Source: an uncultured Chloroflexia bacterium (GTDB taxonomy: Bacteria; Chloroflexota; Limnocylindria; QHBO01). From it: 64,000 bases of DNA. The position numbers and the translations under genes are program-made. The DNA is taken from contig CAWGTN010000002.1 of NCBI GenBank assembly GCA_963825525.1, forward strand, positions 1,728,001-1,792,000, written 5' to 3'. Under the pieces are notes generated by a model. That model was not told the DNA's origin. It worked only from the letters and a program-made list of their open reading frames with translations, and ran no database searches. Shown piece after piece: positions 9,179 to 20,564 of the stretch (positions are counted from its first letter, which is position 1; each line of letters opens with the position of its first letter).

Positions 9179-9706
9179 ATGAGATTCGTGCTCGCCGCCC
9201 TCCTCGCGACCGGGGTGGCAATCATTCCCGCCCAGCGCGCGCTTGCCTGCAGCTGTGCCCTGGGCACGCTCGACGAGGCTGCAGCCTCGGCCGACGCCGT
9301 CTTCGCAGGAAGGGTTGCAGCTGAGGTCGCGCTCGACGTTCTTGACCCCGGTGCCGGAGGGACGATCTACACCTTTGCGGTTGAGGGCGTCGCCAAGGGC
9401 CCCGTCAGCGATCGAGTCGAGGTGCTGGCCGGTGGTGATGGCGCCATGTGCGGGATGATCTTCGACCGCGAGCAGCGCTGGCTCGTCTTTGCGGCGCTCC
9501 AGGACGGCACCTATCAGACGGGGCTGTGCTCCGGCAATCTGGTCCTTGAACCTGGCGTCGCCGCCCCGCTCGAGCTCGGTGAGCCCGAGAGCACGGGCGA
9601 TCCCGCGCAGGACCAGGTCCCGGTTCCGCTGGTGATCGTGCTCGGAGCGGTCGCGGCGATTGCCGTGGCGTCCTGGCTCGCGTTCCGACGCGACCGCGTC
9701 AGCTGA
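9179..9706 (+). CDS. Membrane-anchored TIMP/NTR-like protein
   Basis: Signal peptide then ALA-CSC, ADAVFAGRV, further Cys residues, C-terminal TM helix plus RR. Confidence 0.65.
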   Translation: MRFVLAALLATGVAIIPAQRALACSCALGTLDEAAASADAVFAGRVAAEVALDVLDPGAGGTIYTFAVEGVAKGPVSDRVEVLAGGDGAMCGMIFDREQRWLVFAALQDGTYQTGLCSGNLVLEPGVAAPLELGEPESTGDPAQDQVPVPLVIVLGAVAAIAVASWLAFRRDRVS

Positions 9707-9971
9707 ACGCACCCAGCACGAAGCCAGCGAACAGCACCACGGCGATCGTCGGAATCACACTCGCTGCCCTGAGAAAAGGTGGCCAGCCCGGGTTGCCGGC
9801 AAAGGCGTAGGCGGGGATCGCCAGCGGGAACAGGATCACCGACGCGGACCATCCGATGCGGGCCCGGGTCGAGAGGTCGGGACGTTCCTGCACATCGAGC
9901 CAGAAGGCCGCAATCATCAGGAACCCGCCGACCGCAAGCACTGCGAACAGGGTCCAGGCGAACGGAAGCAT
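9699..9971 (-). CDS. Small membrane protein (PLDc_N-like)
   Basis: Three hydrophobic segments; R..W...I..FP...Y pattern; TACCAT -10 upstream. Confidence 0.6.
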   Translation of the reverse strand: MLPFAWTLFAVLAVGGFLMIAAFWLDVQERPDLSTRARIGWSASVILFPLAIPAYAFAGNPGWPPFLRAASVIPTIAVVLFAGFVLGAFS

Positions 9972-10021
9972 GTCCGGCCGATGGTAGCCGCCGCGATGTC
10001 CCCGCGCGGACGTTCAGCCGG

Positions 10022-10642
10022 TCACCAGGACGCGAGCGCGCGGACACCACCATGGATCGGCGTCCGGGTCGCCGGGAGCCGGCCGTTCCACGAGTATTCG
10101 TCGATCTGAAGGACCCTGATGTCCGAGGCCAGCGCCTGTCGGATGTCCAACCCCATCAAGACCCCGCCCAGCTGCTGCATGAAGGCCTGATGCGATACGA
10201 GCAGGATCCGCGGCTCGTTGCGGCCCATGAGCCTCGCGGCAACCTGTTCGGCGCGCTCCCGGAGCTCGTCCAACGTCTCGCCACCCGGCGGGTTGACCGA
10301 ATGGTCGATCCCGCCGGCGCTGATGTACTCGATATTTGGCCGGTAGGCGGCAACATCTTCGGGGGCGATCCCCTGCAGCAACCCGTAGTTGCGGTCGCGC
10401 AGTTCGTCCCAAACTTCGATTCGTTCGCGCGGCAATCCGCTCAGTCGGATGGCCGTGTCCACTGCGCGGGAGAGAGGAGAGCTGAGCACCACATCGGCGC
10501 TGACTGGTCCGTATTCCGCTGCATATGCATCGAGCTGGCACCGACCGTCGTCGGAAAGGGGCTCGTCGAGGGTCCCGGAGATGACGTGCATCTTCGCGTT
10601 TCCGGTCGGTGCGTGACGCGCAAGGACGAGCGTGCGGTTCAT
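10022..10642 (-). CDS. Histidine phosphatase / phosphoglycerate mutase family protein
   Basis: LARHA, SSPLSRA, LRDRNYG, PGGE, LVSH. Confidence 0.85.
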   Translation of the reverse strand: MNRTLVLARHAPTGNAKMHVISGTLDEPLSDDGRCQLDAYAAEYGPVSADVVLSSPLSRAVDTAIRLSGLPRERIEVWDELRDRNYGLLQGIAPEDVAAYRPNIEYISAGGIDHSVNPPGGETLDELRERAEQVAARLMGRNEPRILLVSHQAFMQQLGGVLMGLDIRQALASDIRVLQIDEYSWNGRLPATRTPIHGGVRALASW

Positions 10643-11841
10643 CGGTCAACGTCCTCGGCCCGGAGGAACTCGTTGAACTTGACGACCGCCGTGAAGTCGC
10701 GGAACGGCCCGATCTTGATTCCGTCAGCCCCCATGTCGAGCGCAAGATGCACCAGGAATGGCGATTCAGTCTCTACCGAGCGATGCGACGCAATGACCGA
10801 CAGGCCGGCATCTCGCGCGGCTGCGGCAAATGCCAGGGAGCCCGAAACCGTGCCGTTCTGGTTCGGCTTGACGATCGCCGCGTCCACCTCGGCCGCCTTT
10901 CCGGCACCAACCAGCTGGTCCAGGCTGGTTGACGTGTAGTTGTCGCCGACGATCGCGCACGACTTGGGCCGCGCAGCATGCAGACGTGCCCAGCCGGCTC
11001 GATCCTCCTCCGCCAGGGGATCCTCGAGAAGGGCGATGCCGTATGCGTCGATCAGGCCAAGCCACCATTCGACCAGGTCATCGCTCGCCATGCGTCGGTT
11101 CGTCACCGGCAGCCGATACTCCTCGCCGGTCCACCAGTCACCGGCGGAGGCATCGAAGGCGAGGCCGAAGTGACCCTCGAGGCCCTCGCGTTCCAGCACG
11201 CGCCGCATCAGTTCGAGGGCGCCCTCGTCCGGCGGATCGCCGACTCGATGCACCTCGTTCGTGCCCACCGCGACGCGAGGGTGGCGCGCCAGCTCGACCC
11301 TGACCGCGTCGAGCACGACGCGATACGCATCGGCGCTCTCCCGCAGATCCTCGCTCAGTGCGTAAATCATGATCTCGTGGAGTTCCGACATCACCGGGTT
11401 GGTGTACGCGTGCATCCCGCCGTTCAGAACGTTGAGCAGCAGGCGAGGGAATCGCCGGCGCCCGGCGGCATGCTGCGGCCGGCTCGCCAGGTAGAAGGCG
11501 ATGGAAAGGGCCAGCGTGGCCTGCGCACCCCAACTGGGAACGAGCGGCTCGAGGGCGGCGTCGAAGGATTCCTGGTCGAACGCGTTGCCCACGAGCGTCG
11601 CCCGAGCCTCTTCGACCATGTCGTCGAGTGAACGGCTGCCCACCCCCTCGAATATGCTGAGGGTCTCGCCTCGCGGTGCCGAGCCGCGACCCCTGCGCGA
11701 GCCATCGAGCCGCAGCTCGAACTCGGGCGTCCACGCCAGGTGCGAGTCGAGCACCAGCCGGCCGTCCAGCTCGCTGACGATCCACCTTCCGGACGCATCC
11801 GACGGGCCGGCGATGTCCGCGTCGGGCGATACGGTCGGCAT
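10639..11841 (-). CDS. Divergent enolase-family protein
   Basis: NVLNGGMHA, LEDPLAEED..GW, VGD, VKPNQ.GT, SHRS.ETE, IK.G, KFNEFLR; start codon uncertain (ATG 11841 or GTG 11850). Confidence 0.8.
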   Translation of the reverse strand: MPTVSPDADIAGPSDASGRWIVSELDGRLVLDSHLAWTPEFELRLDGSRRGRGSAPRGETLSIFEGVGSRSLDDMVEEARATLVGNAFDQESFDAALEPLVPSWGAQATLALSIAFYLASRPQHAAGRRRFPRLLLNVLNGGMHAYTNPVMSELHEIMIYALSEDLRESADAYRVVLDAVRVELARHPRVAVGTNEVHRVGDPPDEGALELMRRVLEREGLEGHFGLAFDASAGDWWTGEEYRLPVTNRRMASDDLVEWWLGLIDAYGIALLEDPLAEEDRAGWARLHAARPKSCAIVGDNYTSTSLDQLVGAGKAAEVDAAIVKPNQNGTVSGSLAFAAAARDAGLSVIASHRSVETESPFLVHLALDMGADGIKIGPFRDFTAVVKFNEFLRAEDVDR

Positions 11842-12059
11842 GGTGCTCACGCGTGCGTCCCCTTGGAGGGTTATAGGTCTGCTGTCGAGGCGGCCCGGTG
11901 CCGGCCTCCTTCTCGACACTACGATTTCGCCTGGCCCATTGGTACCCCGCCTCGTGGTGCCGTTGGGGGCCGAGTGATGGCCTCCGGTGTGGAGAGGTGC
12001 GCGCGCGTGGTGCTCCAACGCAACGGATAAGTCCTGGTACGCGAGTCCTGGCTGCCGCC

Positions 12060-12800
12060 TCAGCGGGACTCGCGCCGGCGTGCGATGTCGTCTGGCCCGT
12101 TGAGCATGTCCGTCAGGAAGCGGAGCGGCCGGTGTCGCGGCGGGGGCGGATACCTCGGTGGCAGCAGGGCGATGACCGCGGCCCGCAAGGTGGATTCGAA
12201 GTGCGCCCGGCCCTCACGTCCCCGGGTCGGCGGCTGCAGCGGGGCGCCGAAGCGGACCATCACGCGCTTCCGGAACCAGAGGTCGGTGGTGCCGACGATG
12301 GCACACGGCACGACGGGCACCCCCGACGTCATGGCGAATGCCGCGGCGCCGTCTTCGAGGGGCAGGAGGTCCGTCTCGTCGAAGCCGACTCGGCCCTCCG
12401 CGAAGATTCCCAGCACGCCATCGGCGTCGAAGACCCGTCGCACGGCCCTGACCGCGGAGGTCAGCGTGGTCCCCTCCGGGTGATACGGAATGACCCCGCC
12501 AACAAAGCGCATGACGCGGTTTTTGAAGCCTCGGCTGAAGTCGGCCTCGCGCGGGCCGAACCAGGTGATGCGAGGCTCGAGCGGCAGGGCGGCCATCACG
12601 ATGAGCGGATCGAACCCGTTGTGGTGATTGCAGACGAGCTGGTAGGGAGCTGCTGGGCGCCCATCCGCTCCCTGCGAGCGGACGTCGAAGAGTGCACGAA
12701 GGAGTGCTCGGTTCACCCACCACGCCATCCGATACCGGAGCGTCACCGCGACGCTCAGCTCGCGCGGCCCGACCTGGGCGGCACGCCGCTGGCTCGTCAC
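12060..12800 (-). CDS. Lysophospholipid acyltransferase (PlsC family)
   Basis: NHHNGFD (HX4D), IFAEG, VPVVP. Confidence 0.85.
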   Translation of the reverse strand: MTSQRRAAQVGPRELSVAVTLRYRMAWWVNRALLRALFDVRSQGADGRPAAPYQLVCNHHNGFDPLIVMAALPLEPRITWFGPREADFSRGFKNRVMRFVGGVIPYHPEGTTLTSAVRAVRRVFDADGVLGIFAEGRVGFDETDLLPLEDGAAAFAMTSGVPVVPCAIVGTTDLWFRKRVMVRFGAPLQPPTRGREGRAHFESTLRAAVIALLPPRYPPPPRHRPLRFLTDMLNGPDDIARRRESR

Positions 12801-14086
12801 GTTCCGAGCGCCGTGGGCGCCGGGGCATCGATCTCCTCCCGGCGTCGAGGATCCACCCGCGTCAGGGCGAGCGCCGACATCGCAACGAACGCGGCTGCCA
12901 CCGCCATGGCTGCGCGCGGGCCGACCCCGTCACCGAATGCCGCGGCGGTCAGATCCTGCACCGGACCGGCCACGATGATGAACACCGGACCGGCCATCGC
13001 CGTGCCCGCGTTCAGGATGCCCATGTAGCGGCCTGCGGTGTGCTTGGGGATCACGTCGGCCATGAGCGCCCAGTCCGCGGACAGGAAGATCCCCATGCCG
13101 ATGCCGAACGGGACCCACGAGGCGACGGCCAGACCGGGTGTCGGCGAGAGCGCGACGCCGACCAGGCCCGCGCCGGCGACTGCGGCCGCGGCCCAGATCA
13201 CGGGTCGGCGACCGAGCCGATCCGACAGCCGTCCACCCGGAATCGCTGCCACCGCGGTGGACACCCCGACGATCGCGGTGGCGAGGAATACCGTGGCGTC
13301 GGCTTCCGAATCGGGGAGGCCATGTGATCGACGGAAGTAGCCGACAGCGATGAGCGTCGCGTTGTACGCGCCAAGGAAGAGGAGTCTGACGAGCAGCAGC
13401 CACAGCACATCGCGCTGCTGGAGGATGTCGCGGCCCCACGCGGATCCGGCGATCTCGATCCACCGCCGGGTTCGAGGTGGCGCCGAGCGACCCTCGTCCA
13501 CGGTGGCCACCAGGATGACCATGGTGACCAGCTCCACCGCGCCGAGGGCCACCGTGGCCAGCGGCACGTTGGCGGTGAGGCCGCCGAGCGTCGCAATCCC
13601 CACGCCGGCGATCGTGCCGAGGGTCAGCATCAGGCCCATCAGCCCGCTCGCGATGCCCACCTGCCTGGCCGGGACGAGGTCAGGGACATACCCCTGGAAC
13701 GGTCCCTGGGCGAAGTTCGAGCTGACCTGCAGGAGGAAGTAGAAGGCGACCATGGCGACGAAGTCGTTGTTCAGCGCCAGCCCGGCAAGGAACACGAGGT
13801 CGAGCAGCGTGCCGATGACGATGTACGGCTTGCGCCGGCCCCATCGCGTGACGGTGTAATCGCTGATGACGCCGACGGTGGGCTGGATCAGGATCGGCGC
13901 CAGCGCACCGGCCAGCATGATCACCGCCAGCAGCGTCCCCTGGCTGTCGCGGCTGAGGTCGTCCAGCCGCCCCGGGATGATCGTGATGTTCAGCCCGCCC
14001 CAGATGGTCTGGATGCCGAACCAGTAGATCGACAGGGTCACCAGCTGCGACATCGGCAATCGGATGCGCTGGACGGGCTCCGTCAC
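12797..14086 (-). CDS. MFS transporter
   Basis: About 12 TM segments; G..SD....RWGRRKPY and GRLSDRLGRR motifs. Confidence 0.9.
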   Translation of the reverse strand: MTEPVQRIRLPMSQLVTLSIYWFGIQTIWGGLNITIIPGRLDDLSRDSQGTLLAVIMLAGALAPILIQPTVGVISDYTVTRWGRRKPYIVIGTLLDLVFLAGLALNNDFVAMVAFYFLLQVSSNFAQGPFQGYVPDLVPARQVGIASGLMGLMLTLGTIAGVGIATLGGLTANVPLATVALGAVELVTMVILVATVDEGRSAPPRTRRWIEIAGSAWGRDILQQRDVLWLLLVRLLFLGAYNATLIAVGYFRRSHGLPDSEADATVFLATAIVGVSTAVAAIPGGRLSDRLGRRPVIWAAAAVAGAGLVGVALSPTPGLAVASWVPFGIGMGIFLSADWALMADVIPKHTAGRYMGILNAGTAMAGPVFIIVAGPVQDLTAAAFGDGVGPRAAMAVAAAFVAMSALALTRVDPRRREEIDAPAPTALGT

Positions 14087-14181
14087 GGTACTCGGCCACC
14101 ACTGCTGTTTAGAATGACTCTACGCGTCGCCGCCGCGACCGACGAGCTGGTGTCGCGTGCATCAGGGGAGGATCTGAAGAA

Positions 14182-14394
14182 GTGCCAGAACCATGCATCT
14201 CATGCCAGCGGGACACGAGGGTCGGAACGCCGCTGTTCAGCGCGCGCAAGCGCGGGCGAGACACAGTGACCAGCGAGGAGGGATTCCTCTGCCATGCCTG
14301 TCAACGAGGATCCGCGGGCGTTGGGGCGGAGTCGACAGCGCCGCTGAGCGGCCGCTACGTGGTCATCAATCTTCCAACATCGCCGGGGCTGTGA
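14182..14394 (+). CDS. Small CxxC...CxxC putative zinc-binding protein
   Basis: CISC...CHAC; GGGGAGG RBS at 14165-14171; TAGAAT -10 at 14110-14115. Confidence 0.55.
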   Translation: MPEPCISCQRDTRVGTPLFSARKRGRDTVTSEEGFLCHACQRGSAGVGAESTAPLSGRYVVINLPTSPGL

Positions 14395-14428
14395 GCGCGC
14401 TCACATGACTCAGATGGCGGTCCCAGCC

Positions 14429-14434
14429 TAGAAT
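14429..14434 (+). promoter_or_regulatory. -10 element TAGAAT of leaderless lgt transcript
   Basis: 6 nt before GTG 14441; no Shine-Dalgarno. Confidence 0.6.
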
Positions 14435-14440
14435 CGGCGG

Positions 14441-15340
14441 GTGATCGATCCAGTCGCCGTCGAGATCGGCCCCTTCCAGCTCCATTGGTACGGAATCATC
14501 ATCGCGTCCGCCGTCCTGATCGGTGGGATGCTCGGCACCCGCGTGGCCGGATGGCTCGGGGAGGACCCCGACGACGGCTGGGCCATGCTGCTGCCGGTCG
14601 TGATCGTGTCGGTGATCGCCGCGCGCATCTACCACGTCATCCACCTGTGGGACTTCTACCGCGAGAATCCCGCGCTCATCCCGCAGATCTGGAACGGGGG
14701 CATCGGCATTCCGGGGGCCGTCGCCGGCGGCGCGCTGGCCATCCTGGTCTACACGAGGATGAAGGGCATCCACACCGCGCGCTGGCTCGACATCTTCGCG
14801 CCGGCCCTCCTGCTGGGCCAGGTGATCGGTCGCCTGGGCAACTTCGTCAACCAGGAGCTCTACGGACCGCCGACGTCGCTGTGCGGGGTCGACTTCCCGC
14901 CGTGTCTGCCGTTCGGCATCCCGATCGACGCGGCGCACCGCGAGGGAACGCCCTGGGGAGCCGCCGCCTTCCCGGTCGAGACCACGAGCTTCGTCCCGTT
15001 GTTCGCCTACGAGATGGTGCTGAATCTCATCGGCATGCTCGTGATCCTGTATGTCATCCGCCGATTCGCCCCGCGGCTGTTCGCCGGCGACGCGGCCCTG
15101 ATGTACATCATGTGGTACGGGACGGTGCGCACCGTGCTGGAGACGTATCGGGTCGGGAACTGGACCATCCTGGGCCTGCCGACGGCGATGTGGGTCGGGA
15201 TCATCGGATTCGTCCTCGCCGGCAGCTGGCTCATCTACCGGCATCGCCGCGGCTGGGGCTCGCCGATGCTTCGCCCCGCTGCCGACTCCGACGACGACGT
15301 GCAGGTGGCCCAACCGCAGCCCGAGGCGAGCGCTGGCTGA
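14441..15340 (+). CDS. lgt: Prolipoprotein diacylglyceryl transferase
   Basis: HWYG, ARIYHV, GQVIGRLGNFVNQELYG, P.F.YE, R...E..R. Confidence 0.93.
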   Translation: MIDPVAVEIGPFQLHWYGIIIASAVLIGGMLGTRVAGWLGEDPDDGWAMLLPVVIVSVIAARIYHVIHLWDFYRENPALIPQIWNGGIGIPGAVAGGALAILVYTRMKGIHTARWLDIFAPALLLGQVIGRLGNFVNQELYGPPTSLCGVDFPPCLPFGIPIDAAHREGTPWGAAAFPVETTSFVPLFAYEMVLNLIGMLVILYVIRRFAPRLFAGDAALMYIMWYGTVRTVLETYRVGNWTILGLPTAMWVGIIGFVLAGSWLIYRHRRGWGSPMLRPAADSDDDVQVAQPQPEASAG

Positions 15341-15365
15341 GCGCGCGGGTGGGATCCTGCCCGAT

Positions 15366-16388
15366 GTGACCGGCGCCATCGGCCGCACGCCGCTGGTTGC
15401 CCTCGACCGCCTGGCCGCCGGCCTGACGCCCCGGATCGTCGGGAAGCTCGAGCACATGAACCCGGGCGGCTCCGTGAAGGACCGCATCGCGATGCCGATG
15501 ATCGAGGCCGCCGAGGCCGCCGGGCTCCTCAAGCCGGGAGGAATCATCATCGAACCGACCAGTGGCAACACCGGCGTCGGGCTCGCCCAGGCGGCGGCGG
15601 TGAAGGGATATCGCTGCATCTTCGTGATGGCAGACAAGCAATCCGAGGAGAAGCGCGCGCTACTGCGAGCGTACGGGGCCGAGGTTGTCGTCTGTCCCTC
15701 CGACGTCGATCCAGACGACGAGCGCTCCTACTACCGAGTCTCGGATCGGCTGGCGCGGGAGACGCCGGGAGCCTGGAAGCCCGACCAATATCACAACGAC
15801 GCCAATCCGAATGCCCACTACACGACCACGGGCCCCGAGATCTGGGATGCCACGGGTGGGCGAATCACCCACCTGGTGGTCGCACTCGGGACCGGCGGCA
15901 CGATATCGGGCACGGGTCGCTATCTCAAGGAGCGGAACCCGGCCGTCGAGGTGATCGGCGCCGACCCGGCAGGGTCCGTGTACTCGGGCGACACGCCTCA
16001 TCCGTACGTGACCGAGGGCATCGGCGAGGACTTCTGGCCGACATCCTACGATCCTGGGGTATGCGACATCGTCGTGCGTGTCACTGATCGCGATTCGCTG
16101 CTGACGGCCCGGGTGGCCACCGCCCGCGAGGGGATCCTGATGGGGGAGTCCTGCGGGACCGCGCTGTGGGCGGCCCTCCAGGTGGCTCGCGACCTCGATG
16201 ACCCCGAGGCCCTGTTCGTCGTGCTGCTCCCCGATGGCGGGAGAAACTACATTGCCAAGCTCTACAACGACGACTGGCTTCGCGAACTTGGGCTGCTCGG
16301 CCCCGATGAGCTGCCTGACGACTACGACTGGCGCGCCACGCATCCCGAGCTCGTGCTGCGCGGTGCGGAGATCCCGCGGGGCGGTTGA
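15366..16388 (+). CDS. Cystathionine beta-synthase / cysteine synthase family (no CBS regulatory domains)
   Basis: KLEHMNPGGSVKDRIA, EPTSGNTG, EGIGEDF.P; frame stays open upstream so the true start may be about 30 nt earlier. Confidence 0.88.
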   Translation: MTGAIGRTPLVALDRLAAGLTPRIVGKLEHMNPGGSVKDRIAMPMIEAAEAAGLLKPGGIIIEPTSGNTGVGLAQAAAVKGYRCIFVMADKQSEEKRALLRAYGAEVVVCPSDVDPDDERSYYRVSDRLARETPGAWKPDQYHNDANPNAHYTTTGPEIWDATGGRITHLVVALGTGGTISGTGRYLKERNPAVEVIGADPAGSVYSGDTPHPYVTEGIGEDFWPTSYDPGVCDIVVRVTDRDSLLTARVATAREGILMGESCGTALWAALQVARDLDDPEALFVVLLPDGGRNYIAKLYNDDWLRELGLLGPDELPDDYDWRATHPELVLRGAEIPRGG

Positions 16389-16489
16389 CGGCGGCGCGCA
16401 GGATGTCGGGCGTGGAGGCCCGCTGACGACCTCGTCCGCGGGGAGTATCGTTGGAGCTCACCACAGGACTTGGGAGCGCACGAGACTCA

Positions 16490-18034
<1,545 letters not shown>

Positions 18035-18127
18035 CGGCCGAGTCGACACCCGCCGCCGCGGCGCCGTACCGGGGGTCAAGCCCGCGAACGGTGGTCCGCG
18101 GCGTCGCATGGCAGAATGGCCCGCGTA

Positions 18128-19282
18128 ATGACTGACCGCTTCGAGACGCGCGCCGTCCACGCTGGCGCGGAGCCCGACCCGCATACCGGCGCGGTCGTGC
18201 CGGCCATCCAGATGAGCACGACGTTCAAGCAGGACGGGGTGGGTGGCCTGCGCGCCGGATTCGAGTACGGCCGAAGTGGGAATCCGACCCGGCTGGCTCT
18301 CGAGGCGACGATCGCATCTCTCGAGAGCGCGTCACACGGGCTCGCCTATGCCTCGGGCCTGGCGGCCACCCAGAACCTCCTCTATCTCCTCGAGCCGGGC
18401 GATCGGCTGCTCATGAGCGATGACGTCTACGGCGGCACCTGGCGCCTGGCCGACAAGGTCTGGCGCCGGTACGGCATCCGGACCGATACCCTGGATCTCC
18501 GGGATCTCGACGCCGTGGCTGCCGCCATGAACAGCGAGCCCGCGCCACGGATGGTGTGGATCGAGACGCCGTCGAACCCGATGCTCAAGATCATCGACAT
18601 CGGCGCCGTGAGCCGCCTCGCCGCAGCGGCCGGGGCGCTCACCGTCGTCGACAACACGTTCGCTACCCCGTACATCCAGCAACCGCTCGATCTCGGGGCG
18701 GATTTGGTGCTGCACTCCGCGACCAAGTACCTCGGCGGGCATTCGGATGTCATCGGAGGGCTTGTCGCCACGCGATCCGAGGAGCTGGCGGAGCGGCTGC
18801 GCTACCACCAGAACGCGGCCGGGGCCGTGCCCAGCCCATTCGACTGCTTCCTGGTGATGCGCGGTATTCGCACCCTTGCCGTGCGCATGGAACGCGCCTG
18901 CTCGAACGCGGCCGATCTCGCCGCCTGGCTGGTCGATCGGCCGGAGGTGGCTGCGGTGAACTACCCCGGCCTGGCCGGTCATCGGGACGCCGAGCTCGTC
19001 GGACGCCAGATGCGGCTTCCCGGCGCGATGCTCAGCTTCGAGATCCATGACGGCGAGGCCCGGGCTCGAGCGTTCGCTGCCGCGACCCGACTCTTCACCC
19101 TCGCCGAGTCACTGGGTGCGGTGGAGTCGCTCATCGAGCTTCCCGCGCCGATGACCCACGCATCGGTCGCCGACTCGCCCCTGGCCGTGCCGGCGAATCT
19201 CGTCCGGCTCAGCGTGGGGATCGAGTCGGTCGATGACCTTCGCGCCGACCTCGAGTCGGCGTTCGGCGCCTCCACGCCGTGA
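18128..19282 (+). CDS. metB: Cystathionine gamma-synthase/lyase
   Basis: Y.RSGNPTR, ETPSNP, DNTFATP, SATKYLGGHSD, AESLG.VESL, RLSVG.E. Confidence 0.9.
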   Translation: MTDRFETRAVHAGAEPDPHTGAVVPAIQMSTTFKQDGVGGLRAGFEYGRSGNPTRLALEATIASLESASHGLAYASGLAATQNLLYLLEPGDRLLMSDDVYGGTWRLADKVWRRYGIRTDTLDLRDLDAVAAAMNSEPAPRMVWIETPSNPMLKIIDIGAVSRLAAAAGALTVVDNTFATPYIQQPLDLGADLVLHSATKYLGGHSDVIGGLVATRSEELAERLRYHQNAAGAVPSPFDCFLVMRGIRTLAVRMERACSNAADLAAWLVDRPEVAAVNYPGLAGHRDAELVGRQMRLPGAMLSFEIHDGEARARAFAAATRLFTLAESLGAVESLIELPAPMTHASVADSPLAVPANLVRLSVGIESVDDLRADLESAFGASTP

Positions 19283-19809
19283 CCGACGCACCGCAGCGCC
19301 ATGACGGTCCCACCGAGCTTGTTGAAGGATCCGAGGGAGAGCTCGTCGAACGGCTGTCGGGCGGCACCGCGACGCTGCTCCTTGTCTGGCTCATCGGGGT
19401 GGGAGGGCTCTCCACGCTGCTCGGGGCGTGGGCCTACTTCTGGATCGTGACCGGCGAGCGCCTCGGTATCGACACCCTGTTCAGCGGTTTCGGCTTCTAC
19501 ACGGCGCTGGCGGGCAGCGCCGGACCTTGCGTCCTGTGGCTGACCGGACGGGCACAGGGCCACAGCCTCGGGTGGTTCATGGCGACATCAGTCAAGATCG
19601 CGCTCGTGATGGTCGCGATCGTCCTGGTGGTCATCGTGCTCGCCGTACTGGTGCTGGCCGGTGCGCTGCCGGGGGTGGCGGGTGTCGCCGCCGCCGCGGT
19701 CATGGCCCTCATGGCTGTCGCGCTGGGCCTCATCTGGGCGGTCGCCACCTGGAGCGCGGATCGATGGATCGCCCGCGCTCGGGTCTCGGAGGCCGATCAG
19801 ACCTCGTAG
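19279..19809 (+). CDS. Hypothetical membrane protein
   Basis: Four hydrophobic helices; GTGA overlap with metB. Confidence 0.65.
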   Translation: MTDAPQRHDGPTELVEGSEGELVERLSGGTATLLLVWLIGVGGLSTLLGAWAYFWIVTGERLGIDTLFSGFGFYTALAGSAGPCVLWLTGRAQGHSLGWFMATSVKIALVMVAIVLVVIVLAVLVLAGALPGVAGVAAAAVMALMAVALGLIWAVATWSADRWIARARVSEADQTS

Positions 19810-20564
19810 CTGCGACCCGGCTCGGCGATATCGACCTCGCCTTCGAACACGGCCTGCGCCTGCGCGCGCAAGCCTGCCGCACCATCATTGTCGACCGGCA
19901 GGTGCGTCATGACGAGTCGCTCGACCCCGCCCTTCCGGGCTGCGTCAGCGGCCTCGGCCGGAAGGAGGTGGCCGCGGGGCTCGGGCGGCTGGGCATCCTC
20001 TGACAGGGATCGAAGGGTGGCTTCGCTGAGGAGAAGGTGGGCCCCATCGGCCAGGGCGTCCAGTCCGCCACATGGGGCCGTATCGGCGGTGTACGACATG
20101 ACGCGACTGCCCTCCTCGAACCGGAACCCCCAGCACGGGATGTAGTGCTGGGTGGCGCGCGGCGCCACGGTCAGGTCACCCGCGGCGAACGGCGTCGTGC
20201 CGTCGTGCTCGCTGAGCTCGAAGGCATCCTCGAAGTGGCGCGGCCCGCCGACGCCTCGAGCCAGGTCGAGCAGCTGTTGGCCCGATCCCGGCGGCATGAT
20301 CACGCGCAGGCGCTCTTCGGGCTTCAGCCGTCGCCACGGATAGACATAGCGCAGGGTGACCAGGTCGAGCATGTGATCGGCGTGCATGTGGCTCACGATG
20401 ACCGCGTCGAGCTCATCGGGGTGGTGCCTCCGAAGGAGCTGCGCAACGATGCCGGGGCCGATGTCCACGAGCACGCGCGAGCCGCCCGACTCGACCAGGT
20501 AGCCGGCGCAGGCTTCTCCGGGGTTCGGACGCGCGGGTGACCGGCCCAGGATCGTGAGCCTCAT
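19797..20564 (-). CDS. MBL-fold metallo-hydrolase (RNase Z/YhfI-like)
   Basis: SHMHADH, YTADT, GHL, MTHL. Confidence 0.88.
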   Translation of the reverse strand: MRLTILGRSPARPNPGEACAGYLVESGGSRVLVDIGPGIVAQLLRRHHPDELDAVIVSHMHADHMLDLVTLRYVYPWRRLKPEERLRVIMPPGSGQQLLDLARGVGGPRHFEDAFELSEHDGTTPFAAGDLTVAPRATQHYIPCWGFRFEEGSRVMSYTADTAPCGGLDALADGAHLLLSEATLRSLSEDAQPPEPRGHLLPAEAADAARKGGVERLVMTHLPVDNDGAAGLRAQAQAVFEGEVDIAEPGRSYEV

